Part shown: one piece after another, positions 28,970-38,996 of the stretch
Layout: every line of letters starts with the position of its first letter
How positions within the stretch are numbered: the stretch's first letter is position 1
Origin: a virus
Lineage: Duplodnaviria; Heunggongvirae; Uroviricota; Caudoviricetes
Virus record (IMG/VR): IMGVR_UViG_3300042934_000212
Length of the DNA stretch: 64,000 bases
Reading direction: 5' to 3' (one strand)
Position numbers and translations under genes: made by a program
The notes under the pieces: model-generated
Seen by the model: only the letters and a program-made list of their open reading frames with translations
Databases searched by the model: none
What the model was told of the DNA's origin: nothing

Positions 28970-29509
28970 TTACAGTACTTCGACTTTAGCGATTTCGTGT
29001 GGAAGATAATAACGAGTATCACCACCATTCACATAAAAGCGATAGTTATTACCGTGACCTTGTTCCCAGCCGAGCGTGACGTTAACAATATCACCGGAGT
29101 TAGTTTCAACTTTGAAACCATCATCATAGCTAGGATTGTTATACAGTGAATCTGCTGAACCTTCATTACCACCAAAACGTTTCATTTTGATAGACACTTC
29201 AGTTTCATCACTTTCCAGCATAGCTACCGGTTCCGGCTGGATTGAAGTTTGCTGCAATACATATTTGATTGCATCTTCAACTGAACCGTTAATATCAATT
29301 TCCGTACCAGTTTGAATATTGGTGATCAGAATTGGCGTCAGGCTCACTGGATAGAGGTTAGACGATGGCTTACATGCACCAGTACTTACAGAGATTTCAA
29401 ATCCCATGAACTCGAACTGAAAACATGCAAAAATTGGGTTTCCATAGTTACCATCGAAATCTGTACTGAAAATAGTGAAGCCTTGTGCGTTCTTTGGTGA
29501 AATTGACAT
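28970..29509 (-). CDS. hypothetical protein
   Basis: start reassigned to MSISPK. Confidence 0.7.
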   Translation of the reverse strand: MSISPKNAQGFTIFSTDFDGNYGNPIFACFQFEFMGFEISVSTGACKPSSNLYPVSLTPILITNIQTGTEIDINGSVEDAIKYVLQQTSIQPEPVAMLESDETEVSIKMKRFGGNEGSADSLYNNPSYDDGFKVETNSGDIVNVTLGWEQGHGNNYRFYVNGGDTRYYLPHEIAKVEVL

Positions 29510-29548
29510 TTTAATCTCTCTTAAAAGGTGTTTTGTTTCGATGAAGCT

Positions 29549-29582
29549 ATAATACAAAAAAGGCTGACTCGCGTCAACCTTT
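29549..29582 (-). promoter_or_regulatory. terminator-promoter stem-loop module (variant)
   Basis: AGGTTGAC-GCGA-GTCAGCCT-TTTTT-G-TATTAT. Confidence 0.75.
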
Positions 29583-29596
29583 ATTTTAAATTTATT

Positions 29597-29929
29597 TTAC
29601 TTGTCTTTGTAAAAATCAAACAAAATTGCAATAGCTTTGTTGTCTGCATCAACCTGACGTTGAATGCGATCTTGTGCAAGACGTTCCTTTGCAAGATCAT
29701 AAAGGCGATCAACCGTATCCTGGCGAATATAACGGATAATGTCTCCATTACCAAGTGATGATGCAGTAGGATTATTACCACGAACATCAATTACAACTTC
29801 TACTGCACGGTAATTGTTTTTAATAACAATACAATTGTGGTCACGACCAGTTTCTTCTTTAACAGAAAAATCTGTTGGACGTTTTGCAAAAAGTTCTAAG
29901 AACTTATCAGCAGCTTCAAACTGTTCCAT
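29597..29929 (-). CDS. hypothetical protein
   Basis: 110-aa ORF. Confidence 0.7.
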   Translation of the reverse strand: MEQFEAADKFLELFAKRPTDFSVKEETGRDHNCIVIKNNYRAVEVVIDVRGNNPTASSLGNGDIIRYIRQDTVDRLYDLAKERLAQDRIQRQVDADNKAIAILFDFYKDK

Positions 29930-29938
29930 AACGATACC

Positions 29939-30538
29939 TTATTTCAATGCGTACAAGTGGAATACGAATACGTGTTCAATACCTTCTTCATCATAAAGGT
30001 ATTCATGTTTAATATCGTGAGTACCAAAATACTCACCCCATTTATGCCAACGCCAGCCACCATGTTCAGGCTGATGCTTTTTGAAGATTGGTGAAAGTAC
30101 TAGAACGTACTTTTTATCACTGAAATTAATGAACGGATACCTTTCCAGTACTTGTTCATAATTGTCACATATACCATAACCGTCAGATAGTTTAACACCT
30201 TCTACCATTTTTTCAAGAATTTTTTCACGATTGGTAGTATATTCTCCGGTATTAATATCGAACATACCATATGCCCCACCATCTAACTCATTGGTAGTAT
30301 TGCTTTCAATTGTATGTTCAAAATTTAGAGTTGAGACTAAGTAAACTCCCTTTGCCTCCTGCAAGATATGGTCGATTTCAGTAGGTTCAGAGTAGCTTTC
30401 TTTCCAAAACTCATGAGTTGGATCGCAAGTGCCGATGATAGAAATCAGCGTTGGATCAGTTGCATCCTTATCTTTGACATAACTAACACCAAAGTCTGAA
30501 TTGAAAGTGTTCATATCGAAATCTAAATTAACAAGCAT
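29939..30538 (-). CDS. hypothetical phage protein (GWRWHKWGEY motif)
   Basis: 199-aa ORF. Confidence 0.75.
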   Translation of the reverse strand: MLVNLDFDMNTFNSDFGVSYVKDKDATDPTLISIIGTCDPTHEFWKESYSEPTEIDHILQEAKGVYLVSTLNFEHTIESNTTNELDGGAYGMFDINTGEYTTNREKILEKMVEGVKLSDGYGICDNYEQVLERYPFINFSDKKYVLVLSPIFKKHQPEHGGWRWHKWGEYFGTHDIKHEYLYDEEGIEHVFVFHLYALK

Positions 30539-30550
30539 GTTTTATCTCAC

Positions 30551-30877
30551 TTAAAGGTCATGAATACGAATGTTTTTAGGCATTGTTTTATTTTGGAAAG
30601 AAACCTCTCCATTGAGTTTTTCAATCTGTTCAAAACGAATATCAAGTGCCTGCCATGCTGGTTCGTGCATCCTGAATGAAAGAAAACAACCGAACTGGTC
30701 ATTACCTGCTTCATCTTCATAACGAAAAGCACGTGTATAAATGTCACGAATAGTCGCTTCTACTCCACAACATAACACCTTCTCATGCATTTTGAACATA
30801 GAGATTTGTTCTGGTGTATAGCTTGGAATTGAACGATTAAGTACTTTACGGTTTTTCTCACGAGCCTGCATGTTCAT
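30551..30877 (-). CDS. hypothetical protein
   Basis: 108-aa ORF after a promoter module. Confidence 0.65.
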   Translation of the reverse strand: MNMQAREKNRKVLNRSIPSYTPEQISMFKMHEKVLCCGVEATIRDIYTRAFRYEDEAGNDQFGCFLSFRMHEPAWQALDIRFEQIEKLNGEVSFQNKTMPKNIRIHDL

Positions 30878-30911
30878 TAGTATAACTTTTCTCTATCTGG
30901 TCAAGAAACGT

Positions 30912-30947
30912 ATAATAGCAAAAAGGGCTGGCCGAAGTCAACCCTTT
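30912..30947 (-). promoter_or_regulatory. terminator-promoter stem-loop module
   Basis: GGGTTGAC-TTCG-GCCAGCCC-TTTTT-GC-TATTAT. Confidence 0.8.
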
Positions 30948-30952
30948 ATTTT

Positions 30953-31243
30953 TTAATCGTTTTCTATTTTTACAATTTTGCCCCAAGCATGATCGTTTTG
31001 TTCGATTAATGCTCGTGCATGTTCTTCTTCTGTATAATAACGAATGACCCGTTTTGTGTTGTAGTCAATTAACGCATACGCTGCATATTCACTTTCTTTA
31101 GTTACATTAATAACGCCTTGATGTGGAATATTACGAATTGCATCAAAGCGATCAAACTTTTCGATGTTCTCAACAATGTTACGTAATTCCTGTAGCAGCC
31201 GCTCTTTCGTATGAATGTTCGTAAGTTCAATTTTAACGTTCAT
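30953..31243 (-). CDS. hypothetical protein
   Basis: 96-aa ORF flanked by two promoter modules. Confidence 0.7.
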   Translation of the reverse strand: MNVKIELTNIHTKERLLQELRNIVENIEKFDRFDAIRNIPHQGVINVTKESEYAAYALIDYNTKRVIRYYTEEEHARALIEQNDHAWGKIVKIEND

Positions 31244-31275
31244 TTTATATTCTCAGTTCTAATTTATAGATGATA

Positions 31276-31311
31276 ATAATAGCAAAAAGGGCTGACCGAA
31301 GTCAACCCTTT
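31276..31311 (-). promoter_or_regulatory. terminator-promoter stem-loop module
   Basis: GGGTTGAC-TTCG-GTCAGCCC-TTTTT-GC-TATTAT. Confidence 0.8.
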
Positions 31312-31314
31312 ATT

Positions 31315-31509
31315 TTAGCTATGAACTGTTAAGAAGTTCCTGATTTCACGGTCGTTGTAGAGCGGCCTTTCATCGTACTCAACCGTTCCCAAACCGCTTG
31401 TATCGCCTTTTGAGAGGACTTTAACTACTACCTCGTCGTCGGTCTGCTTCAGTACTGTGAAGCCTGAGCTTTTGATACGGTCAACCAAATACTGACTAAT
31501 CACGTTCAC
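31315..31509 (-). CDS. hypothetical protein
   Basis: 64-aa ORF, AGGAGG RBS (true start may be a few codons in). Confidence 0.65.
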   Translation of the reverse strand: MNVISQYLVDRIKSSGFTVLKQTDDEVVVKVLSKGDTSGLGTVEYDERPLYNDREIRNFLTVHS

Positions 31510-31587
31510 CTCCTGAAAGTTGTGTTGGAATACATAGCTTTCGGTACTCCAACACTTTAAAAGGCAAATATCAAAAAGTCAAGATTT

Positions 31588-32310
31588 TTAACACGAACAG
31601 CTAAAGAAAGAACCACGTTCATGTTGAGTTACAGTTTCACCGCGATAGATTTCGTAGTTATCCCAAAACTCGTCAGAAACATATTCACCTTCAAGTAATC
31701 CACCTTTAACAAGATAGTTACCCCAAGTTCCATTACGCTGTGAACGTACCCAATCGTCTGCGTATTCGATTAGTTCATCAACCTCTAAGCCTAAATCATC
31801 TGCATAATTTTCAATCCAGTAATATGCAGTATTTGAATCTTTCTTTTCAGATTCTGGCACAGATACGGGTTCAACAAAGTCAGTACGTTTTACAACTGAA
31901 GGTGGTACAGATACAGTTAAACGTTTCTGGATTTCCTGCATTAGTTCTTCAGAAGTTAATTCTTCAATAGCTTTCGGTTTGTTCTCTGGAAAATCTGGAT
32001 GAGTCCAAACATGTGCAAGAGAAGTAATCTTACGTGGATAAACTACTAACCAGAAGCGTTCACCCTTTTCAACTTTATCCTGTAGGAATGGATCAACAAT
32101 ACCTACGGGTTTAAGTTCTGGACGGAAGTCAGTTGCATATGCTTTACCATCTGAACCCAAACCAATATTAGAACCTACAGTTAAATCTTCCCCTGCTTCG
32201 ATTGGTTCAACACCTAAATGGATTGCATCGCGACGTTCTTCGTTTACGTGGATAGTTCCGAGAGTATCTAATGCATCAGTACTTACACTACGTTTATCTT
32301 TATGAGACAT
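31588..32310 (-). CDS. hypothetical phage protein
   Basis: start reassigned to MSHKDK; RDAIH..GIVDPFL..ERFWL..ITSLAHVWTHP. Confidence 0.75.
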   Translation of the reverse strand: MSHKDKRSVSTDALDTLGTIHVNEERRDAIHLGVEPIEAGEDLTVGSNIGLGSDGKAYATDFRPELKPVGIVDPFLQDKVEKGERFWLVVYPRKITSLAHVWTHPDFPENKPKAIEELTSEELMQEIQKRLTVSVPPSVVKRTDFVEPVSVPESEKKDSNTAYYWIENYADDLGLEVDELIEYADDWVRSQRNGTWGNYLVKGGLLEGEYVSDEFWDNYEIYRGETVTQHERGSFFSCSC

Positions 32311-32776
32311 TGTTACCTTCCAAAATTGCAATATATTTGTTTAATTTTTTATGTGTAGGATTATGTATCTTATACCACATAATCACTGCTTCTTGACAAC
32401 GTTTAACTAACACTGGATCAGAGCGTACCCTCGAACCAGATATAGAAAAATAACTAATTGCATTATTCCACAATTCTTTATCGTCTTTTATCATGTTATA
32501 TATTTGACGAACGGTACGATAACGAAAAGATTTGGGATTTTTTTCTAGATATTGGTTCTCAATAGTTATTAACTTTTGTTTCTGTACTAAAAGATTTTCT
32601 TTCTTTATTTTTTTATAATTAGAATAAGCGATGGAACAATGCTCACGTTCTTCTAATGTACATGAAGTTTTATTACGATTAACACTCACTTTACTTGCAA
32701 TCATAGGATCATTAATCATCATTTTACATAGCTGATCAATTTCATAATTTATAAAGTTCATTATAATCTTATTCAA
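32300..32776 (-). CDS. hypothetical protein
   Basis: 158-aa basic ORF directly downstream of the sigma factor. Confidence 0.65.
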   Translation of the reverse strand: MNKIIMNFINYEIDQLCKMMINDPMIASKVSVNRNKTSCTLEEREHCSIAYSNYKKIKKENLLVQKQKLITIENQYLEKNPKSFRYRTVRQIYNMIKDDKELWNNAISYFSISGSRVRSDPVLVKRCQEAVIMWYKIHNPTHKKLNKYIAILEGNNVS

Positions 32777-33761
32777 AGTTAATATTATTACGTACTACAA
32801 TACGACGAACTTTATCCATCATATCATTATAGCGGCGAGATAGAGTAGCTTTAGAAGTTACAAACTTTCCTTTGCCATCAATGTAACCAGATTCAATTAC
32901 TTCTTCGAAAGTATGAACACGATAACCATCAAGACCATGTAGCAAACCTAGTAGAACACGCTCATGTTCTTCAAGTTCATTCATAATCTCTTCCATAACT
33001 GCAAGGAAATCTTTACTTAGACAACGTTCATCAACCACGTAGTCTGCACTTTCACCAGGGATAATATCTTTTAGGGTTTGTTCTGAACCTTCTTCTGAAC
33101 GGTTCATTGGAGTATCAATACTAAAAGTATTACTGTTGTAATTCATAATACGTTTTACTGAACGAATATCAATATCAGTTCCTTCAGCAATTTGTTCATT
33201 GGTTGGGTAACCATTACTGTCTTTAATAAAACGTTCAATGAAAGATTGAATTTTAATATTATTAACAGAAAGATACTCAGGTAATGCTACCATGCGAACA
33301 TCGTTGTTACCATTACGGTACATGTACTGACGAATTGCTGTAGTTGCATAAGTACTAAACATGGTACGGAAGTTAGGATCATAACCATAAATGGCTTTCA
33401 TTAATCCTTCAAAACCATATTGTACTTTATCCTGGAATGGGATGTTGCACGAACAGTTCTTTGCTTCGGTATAAACCAAACCACTATTATAAAGTACTAG
33501 TAGTTTTTTAGATTCTTCAACATCTTCACCAGCTTGGATCTTACGAATAAGTTCTTCGTTACTCACATATCCATTAGAACGTACTGAAGCTTTAATTTTA
33601 TCCATAGTTAAATCGGAAGAAGAAACTGTATCTTCAATTTTTGTTTCTTCTCCTTCAACATCGATTGAGCCTAAGTTATCGAGTGTTGTTTCTTCTGCTT
33701 CAAAACATTCATTCAGTACTTCATCTTGGATCTGGTCTAGGTTTAATTTCTTAAGGCTCAC
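32769..33761 (-). CDS. sigma70-family RNA polymerase sigma factor
   Basis: region 2: LVLYNSGLV, QYGFEGLMKAIYGYDP, FSTYATTAIRQ; region 3: PTNEQIAE, SIDTP; region 4: LEEHERVLL..TFEEV. Confidence 0.9.
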   Translation of the reverse strand: MSLKKLNLDQIQDEVLNECFEAEETTLDNLGSIDVEGEETKIEDTVSSSDLTMDKIKASVRSNGYVSNEELIRKIQAGEDVEESKKLLVLYNSGLVYTEAKNCSCNIPFQDKVQYGFEGLMKAIYGYDPNFRTMFSTYATTAIRQYMYRNGNNDVRMVALPEYLSVNNIKIQSFIERFIKDSNGYPTNEQIAEGTDIDIRSVKRIMNYNSNTFSIDTPMNRSEEGSEQTLKDIIPGESADYVVDERCLSKDFLAVMEEIMNELEEHERVLLGLLHGLDGYRVHTFEEVIESGYIDGKGKFVTSKATLSRRYNDMMDKVRRIVVRNNINFE

Positions 33762-33863
33762 AAATTTCTCCGAACAAAAATAATACAGTCAAATTTATCA
33801 ATAAAAAAAAGCCAGGCTAATTAGCGTGGCTTTGGTAAAACAGGTCGAGCGTAGGGGATTTGG

Positions 33864-34010
33864 TTATGCTGGATAAGTGCGGTGAATAATCACGTTGCCT
33901 TTATCCTGAATGAGATAGCGACGGGCTTCTGCTTCTGAACGGGCTGATACACGTTCACGGCGTTTGTCACTGCTGCCCTGCATGAAGTATTCTACAAGAA
34001 ACTCTTTCAT
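33864..34010 (-). CDS. small hypothetical protein (48 aa, not in ORF track)
   Basis: MKEFLVEYF..; AAGGA RBS; ATGA overlap with the HTH gene. Confidence 0.6.
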   Translation of the reverse strand: MKEFLVEYFMQGSSDKRRERVSARSEAEARRYLIQDKGNVIIHRTYPA

Positions 34011-34243
34011 GATACGGTATCCTTTTCTGTAATGTTGATGTTAATATCATAACCGAGGTCATTGATGAAGTCAATCAAAACATCAACACTGAACAAATCT
34101 TTTCGCTTATTGAACAGGTTCGATACGCGAGGCTGTGAAGTCTTCAGTACCTTCGACAAATCTTTCTGTGACAAATTACGTTCTGCTGCGGTTGTCATAA
34201 TCAACTGAAACAGGTGTGTTTTCAAAAGGTCTTTCTTATCCAT
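34007..34243 (-). CDS. XRE-family helix-turn-helix protein
   Basis: LSQKDLSKVLKTSQPRVSNL..FSVDVL...LGY. Confidence 0.85.
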   Translation of the reverse strand: MDKKDLLKTHLFQLIMTTAAERNLSQKDLSKVLKTSQPRVSNLFNKRKDLFSVDVLIDFINDLGYDININITEKDTVS

Positions 34244-34279
34244 TTTACTTAATCTCTATTAAAAATTGTAATCTCAATT

Positions 34280-34842
34280 AAAAGTCGGCGGGGTTGTACA
34301 CCCCCGCCTGGTACTACATCAGTCATGCTACACCACTGATTAGAGTGTACCACCATTTTATCTGCAATGTCACTGACTATTGTCAGAAAAAAGAGAGATG
34401 GGTTTTCATACATCACAATACCACGCTGTATTGTGACGAGTACTATAACTTCAATCCGGTTTCCCCTAGTTTCGGTCATCCCAATAACTACGCGATTGAC
34501 ATAACTGAAGTTACAGTATACTACTCGCAATACCATTACTTTGAATGGAGAAGTCAGACATGAAAGGCTTCTACGATATTTTTAGCGGGAATATGCTACC
34601 CCGCATCAATCTCCACCTGTTACAGTACTAGTTCTTCAGTACTCTAACGTGTTCATTGCAATGTGTCACGCAAGTTGTGAACTTTTTATATTCGCAGTTA
34701 TTGCTCAGATGCCACGAATAGTTCACGATGTTCCTAGATTCATTAAGTATAAGTTTAATAGTTATCTGTTACATCTGCGTTCAATCCTCTTTGTCTGTTA
34801 ATAATCACACGCTTTTGTATGTCCAGTGTATACTGTCTTAAG
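34280..34842 (-). ncRNA. candidate ~560-nt structured ncRNA
   Basis: promoter at 34850-34878; terminator hairpin at 34280-34308; many local and long-range stems. Confidence 0.6.
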
Positions 34843-34849
34843 AGTCTCT

Positions 34850-34878
34850 ATTATGCTTTACTTCGTTTTGCATGTCAA
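34850..34878 (-). promoter_or_regulatory. sigma70-type promoter
   Basis: TTGACA-17-CATAAT. Confidence 0.75.
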
Positions 34879-34911
34879 GATAATTTTTAAATTATTTTTA
34901 AGAAACTCTTT

Positions 34912-35220
34912 TTAAATCGGATATTTTTCTTTAAGTGAGTTCCAGTCTATCATAATTGGAACGCCAGGCAACTTATTTTTTAAAATATCTTTTGCCTGTT
35001 TGTATGCTTCTTCTTCGATACTATACAAGATGCGATTGTGATTTTCTAGGTTATACCATTCATACCCTTCAAACGCATTCCAGCTTTTACAACGTGCCTT
35101 AACTTCGCTGGTTTTTTTCCAACGATGATAAAACCGTTTACGCTCCATTACATCAATTTTAATGATTGAGCCGAATAGGTCTGGTGTAAGAACCGTAATA
35201 CTAACTATGAATTTAATCAT
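34912..35220 (-). CDS. hypothetical protein
   Basis: 102-aa ORF. Confidence 0.65.
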   Translation of the reverse strand: MIKFIVSITVLTPDLFGSIIKIDVMERKRFYHRWKKTSEVKARCKSWNAFEGYEWYNLENHNRILYSIEEEAYKQAKDILKNKLPGVPIMIDWNSLKEKYPI

Positions 35221-35271
35221 AATAATCTCAATTAAAAGGGAGAGAATTTTCTCTCCAGTACAAACATCTTA

Positions 35272-35547
35272 CTACTTTACCTTTCGGATTGCAACAACAA
35301 ATTTACCTTTTCCGTTATTAACGTACTCAGTCTTTGCCACAACCTTAGATTCACTTACCTGCACAATACAGTGAACGTGCGAAGTACTGCCAAGCTGAAA
35401 GCGTTCAATATATGCTTTAGCTGACTCTTGATCTTCAAAAGTCTTAGCAGTACTTACGTCAGGAGAACGTACCGGAGTCTTCCAACGATCTTCACGAATG
35501 TATTGATATTCAGGAAGTACTGAACTCTCAACCGTAATAATGAACAT
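35272..35547 (-). CDS. hypothetical protein
   Basis: 91-aa ORF, TAATG coupling. Confidence 0.7.
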   Translation of the reverse strand: MFIITVESSVLPEYQYIREDRWKTPVRSPDVSTAKTFEDQESAKAYIERFQLGSTSHVHCIVQVSESKVVAKTEYVNNGKGKFVVAIRKVK

Positions 35548-35837
35548 TAGCGTTTGTCCAAACCTAATGCACGGATTTCCTGTGTAGATAACTTAGCCAT
35601 TGCAGTTCGGCGTAGTTCTTCCTGAATGTCAGTTTCCTGAACTTTGGAAGTAGTTACTTTACAACAAAGGATACCAGTACCGTTATCAGAACGTTTGGAT
35701 TCCATTGCTGCGATCAATGAATTGTGCTTACGTGCACTTGCGAAGTCGGTTTTATATGGATAACCACCAGTGTGACTATCATGTGCAATAAAACCATCAT
35801 CTTTTTCAACTACAAAGTAAATTAATGAGTGTGACAT
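35547..35837 (-). CDS. hypothetical protein
   Basis: start reassigned to MSHSL; C-terminal AMAKLSTQEIRALGL. Confidence 0.7.
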   Translation of the reverse strand: MSHSLIYFVVEKDDGFIAHDSHTGGYPYKTDFASARKHNSLIAAMESKRSDNGTGILCCKVTTSKVQETDIQEELRRTAMAKLSTQEIRALGLDKR

Positions 35838-35838
35838 A

Positions 35839-36366
35839 TTAGCCATTCCCGTATTGAATATTAGTGAACTTACGTTCTGCGTCATACAAAACGTGTTCGC
35901 GTACAATTACGCCATTTTCGATGTGCAGTACTTTTTCATGCAATGGAGTACTTAAAGTAATTTGTTTAAGTTCTTTAAGTTCCAATGATACTTCACCTTT
36001 GTATTTCAAGAAGCCCATACGTTTACGATTGAACCGGTACTCAACACTAGAACTATTAATGTTGATATAATAGATCCCTTCTTCTTCGATGGTTTTACCT
36101 TCTTCAATATAGGTGATGATTATTTTAAAATCACCGAATTCAGTATAGGGTGAAAAACAAGTTTTAAGTTCATCACCAGTAACGGTGAATTCAAAAGTTT
36201 TGTTTTGTTTAGTTGTGAACTTAGTTGCTGCACCATTAGTTCCCATCGTGAGGATACGTAATGGTGTATCTGCAAACTGTTCAATTACATCAGCGTTACG
36301 GCGATCCATATCAACGAATCTACCAGGTGATGTAAGAATAATCCAGTCATTCTTTTTAAACATCAT
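35839..36366 (-). CDS. hypothetical protein
   Basis: 175-aa ORF. Confidence 0.7.
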   Translation of the reverse strand: MMFKKNDWIILTSPGRFVDMDRRNADVIEQFADTPLRILTMGTNGAATKFTTKQNKTFEFTVTGDELKTCFSPYTEFGDFKIIITYIEEGKTIEEEGIYYININSSSVEYRFNRKRMGFLKYKGEVSLELKELKQITLSTPLHEKVLHIENGVIVREHVLYDAERKFTNIQYGNG

Positions 36367-36369
36367 TCC

Positions 36370-36636
36370 TCACATAGCAAGTGATTCAATGAATTCGAAC
36401 AGTTCCTGACTTTCTTCAAACCCAGCAGCAACTAAACGAATACGAGTTTCTTCAATACTGGCAGAAGTTTCATATGCACCTTCCATGATCTCAGATACAC
36501 AATCAGGCAACAACTCCCAAAAGTCATCTTCTGGATAATTATCATCCAAGCAACCATGTTCTTCGAAGTACTCTTTATCTTCGATACTAATCACTAAACC
36601 AAAGTCGTTAGTTTCGTTAAAAGAGAAAATGTACAT
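36370..36636 (-). CDS. acidic hypothetical protein
   Basis: 88-aa ORF, GGAG RBS. Confidence 0.7.
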   Translation of the reverse strand: MYIFSFNETNDFGLVISIEDKEYFEEHGCLDDNYPEDDFWELLPDCVSEIMEGAYETSASIEETRIRLVAAGFEESQELFEFIESLAM

Positions 36637-36984
36637 TTAAATCTCCAGACCGTATACGGTAGCTTTATCACGTAATTCATAAGGATCAAAGAACTCCCTG
36701 ATCCACCCATCGCGGGATACCCAGCTTTCCCAAGTTTTATTCCGGCGACGATAAGAAGTAAAGTCCAAACGAACAACACTGTCATTAGTGTACGCTAGGT
36801 TGTCTGATTGTACAACACAAAATTTCTTATTAATATCTACAACAAAATCACGGTGTGCAAAAACTTGTTCGCCATTACATTCAATTAAAATTAAACTTTC
36901 GAAGTTGCGAAGGCCAACAATTTTACCAGTTTGGATATTACCATAACTCAGGAAACATACTTCTTGATCGATTTTCAGTGACAT
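36637..36984 (-). CDS. hypothetical protein
   Basis: 115-aa ORF. Confidence 0.7.
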   Translation of the reverse strand: MSLKIDQEVCFLSYGNIQTGKIVGLRNFESLILIECNGEQVFAHRDFVVDINKKFCVVQSDNLAYTNDSVVRLDFTSYRRRNKTWESWVSRDGWIREFFDPYELRDKATVYGLEI

Positions 36985-37029
36985 ACTAAAACCTTTTTAA
37001 AAAGTACCGTCCTAAGACGGTACATAATA

Positions 37030-37488
37030 TTAATCTTTAAACGTAATGAATGGACAAATCTTTTGTTTTTTCGCTTTAATAAAAGCAACTACAAAGTTTT
37101 GTTCTTTTTCTTCATCTTCAGTACATTCTTTAATTCCTAAACGGTTTTTAATTTCTGAACGTAAGAAATATAAAACAAGTACAAGTTCAATTAATAGAGA
37201 TGAAATTACAGCCCTGTAGTTGAATACGCCTGGGAGTTGTTTGAATGATTCCGGTAGTACATGTACCCATACCAGTAGATCATTTGTAATACAACCAATA
37301 CCGTACAGTAGTGCGACTGATAATGCAAAAATTGCAATAAGAATGAGTGCTGCTGCACCAATTAAAATGAATGGTGAAAGTACTACCTGCCAGAAATAAA
37401 TGCAGAGAGAATCCGATGGACTCCGACTAAAGAAGTCCATAGTAAAGTCTGCCAAACGGTAATGCCAAGATTTACGACTAATATTCAT
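37030..37488 (-). CDS. phage membrane protein (SWHYRL..LC.YFW..K.KICP type)
   Basis: motif pattern and two hydrophobic helices. Confidence 0.75.
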   Translation of the reverse strand: MNISRKSWHYRLADFTMDFFSRSPSDSLCIYFWQVVLSPFILIGAAALILIAIFALSVALLYGIGCITNDLLVWVHVLPESFKQLPGVFNYRAVISSLLIELVLVLYFLRSEIKNRLGIKECTEDEEKEQNFVVAFIKAKKQKICPFITFKD

Positions 37489-37610
37489 TAACTGCCTCGT
37501 GTTAGGGAATTAACACAATCCCCAATGGTTGGATGTTTAGTACCGAATTGATAACCAATACCAGCACCGATGCTCATAACTACTAAAAGAAGAATAATTG
37601 GCTTAATCAT
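37488..37610 (-). CDS. small membrane protein (40 aa, not in ORF track)
   Basis: MIKPIILLLVVMSIGAGIG..; GGAG RBS; fills the gap between coupled genes. Confidence 0.55.
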   Translation of the reverse strand: MIKPIILLLVVMSIGAGIGYQFGTKHPTIGDCVNSLTRGS

Positions 37611-38319
37611 TTTGCTGCTCCAGACCTGAGATTATCGTTTCAATATCCGCTTGACATTTGCGAATATATTCCTCTGAGTCATAGTAAGCCGTTCCGTTCG
37701 CGACTTGAACTTGCTCTTTAGATAAGTATAATCCATTTTGTAGATTATAGTCAAGAACAATTTTCCACGCTTTGTACGTCGCTAAGACCAATTCCACGAT
37801 GATCGGATGGTGGTCTGCCTTAACATCAAAACAGATCGAATAGTCACGGCTGAACGGATAAGGAGTGCTGATAAAGTTCCTGCTATGGTCAGCCATCTGA
37901 TCCGTTACATAAGCAATTTGCTCTGCTGCGATTGCCTCTGCATTGAAGTAGTACGATTTATCCTGTACTACAAATTCCTGCTTATAAGTTGCAATCATTT
38001 TTTCCATGCGTTGTTTAATACGCTCTGGAACTTCAGGGAATAGATCTTTCCATTGTTGATAGTTAGATTCTTCTTCTTGGACAAAACGAGCATGTTTGTC
38101 CAGTACGATATTAAAATTATAATCGTACTTCGAAAACAGATTCTGATAACGGCGTTCATCGTATTCATCGTACTGCAATCCTTGTACTGGATCATAATCA
38201 AAACCGTTACCAATAACAGAAAAGATATGATCCAGTTGGCTTAGTGCAGTAGGATGAATAGTAATGTATTTGTACTTCTGAAAACTCAGGTTGTACAGTA
38301 CATTAGCTAATTCACTCAT
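37603..38319 (-). CDS. hypothetical protein
   Basis: 238-aa ORF. Confidence 0.75.
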   Translation of the reverse strand: MSELANVLYNLSFQKYKYITIHPTALSQLDHIFSVIGNGFDYDPVQGLQYDEYDERRYQNLFSKYDYNFNIVLDKHARFVQEEESNYQQWKDLFPEVPERIKQRMEKMIATYKQEFVVQDKSYYFNAEAIAAEQIAYVTDQMADHSRNFISTPYPFSRDYSICFDVKADHHPIIVELVLATYKAWKIVLDYNLQNGLYLSKEQVQVANGTAYYDSEEYIRKCQADIETIISGLEQQND

Positions 38320-38322
38320 TAC

Positions 38323-38571
38323 TTACCCCAATAGAATGTTTAAGATTTGTTTTTTCATATTGACTACGTTTGCTTCCAGCTTGGATTTCGCATTGAAAGT
38401 ACTGTCAATATCTTTATAGAACTGGTCGATCTCTTTCGTCCTGATACCAGCAGCTTCAGTGAACTTCTCTTGGATAATGTCGTACAGACCTTTAATCTTT
38501 AGAGACATTTCCTGTACCTGAGCATCAGTACTTTTGATAGATACAACCAGTTCGTTAATTTGTTCTGACAT
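38323..38571 (-). CDS. coiled-coil hypothetical protein
   Basis: 82-aa ORF. Confidence 0.7.
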   Translation of the reverse strand: MSEQINELVVSIKSTDAQVQEMSLKIKGLYDIIQEKFTEAAGIRTKEIDQFYKDIDSTFNAKSKLEANVVNMKKQILNILLG

Positions 38572-38578
38572 TTTAAAC

Positions 38579-38989
38579 CTACTTTACTTGTTGGACGACA
38601 GTATCATCGTAAATCTTCTGTTGCAATTTACGGAGTATAATGAAGAATACTACAAAAAACATGGTGGTGCAAGTCCCGAAATACATTTGATACTGGAACA
38701 TGAACAACGCACACGGAATTAAAATGTACACTGGCACTGCTGAAATTACGTAGCTTCCATAACGCCTGTGCATATCTAACCGTATTTGATGGTGCTTATC
38801 ACCCAATGCGTCAACCATAATATGAGCCGTCATTGCAGCGGCAGCAGCCAGTATAATAAGTATAACGGTACTCAATGTAAACCACTGCTGCGGAATATGT
38901 AAGTTCACATTCAACGCTTTTTGAATAACATCCATGAATCCAATAAAGTACAGTACAAAGAACGCAATCAGATACTTATTGATTTTCAT
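38579..38989 (-). CDS. membrane protein
   Basis: four hydrophobic segments. Confidence 0.7.
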   Translation of the reverse strand: MKINKYLIAFFVLYFIGFMDVIQKALNVNLHIPQQWFTLSTVILIILAAAAAMTAHIMVDALGDKHHQIRLDMHRRYGSYVISAVPVYILIPCALFMFQYQMYFGTCTTMFFVVFFIILRKLQQKIYDDTVVQQVK

Positions 38990-38996
38990 TTTAACC

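Noticed and set aside
34249-34563. ORFs 34249-34536 (-) and 34294-34563 (+)
   Set aside because: No RBS, atypical composition, and they cross a terminator and dense RNA stems; better explained as ncRNA.
34280-34842. tmRNA, RNase P RNA or group I/II intron
   Set aside because: No tRNA-Ala-like ends with a T-arm, no GAGGAAAGUCC, and no recognisable intron core or interrupted gene.
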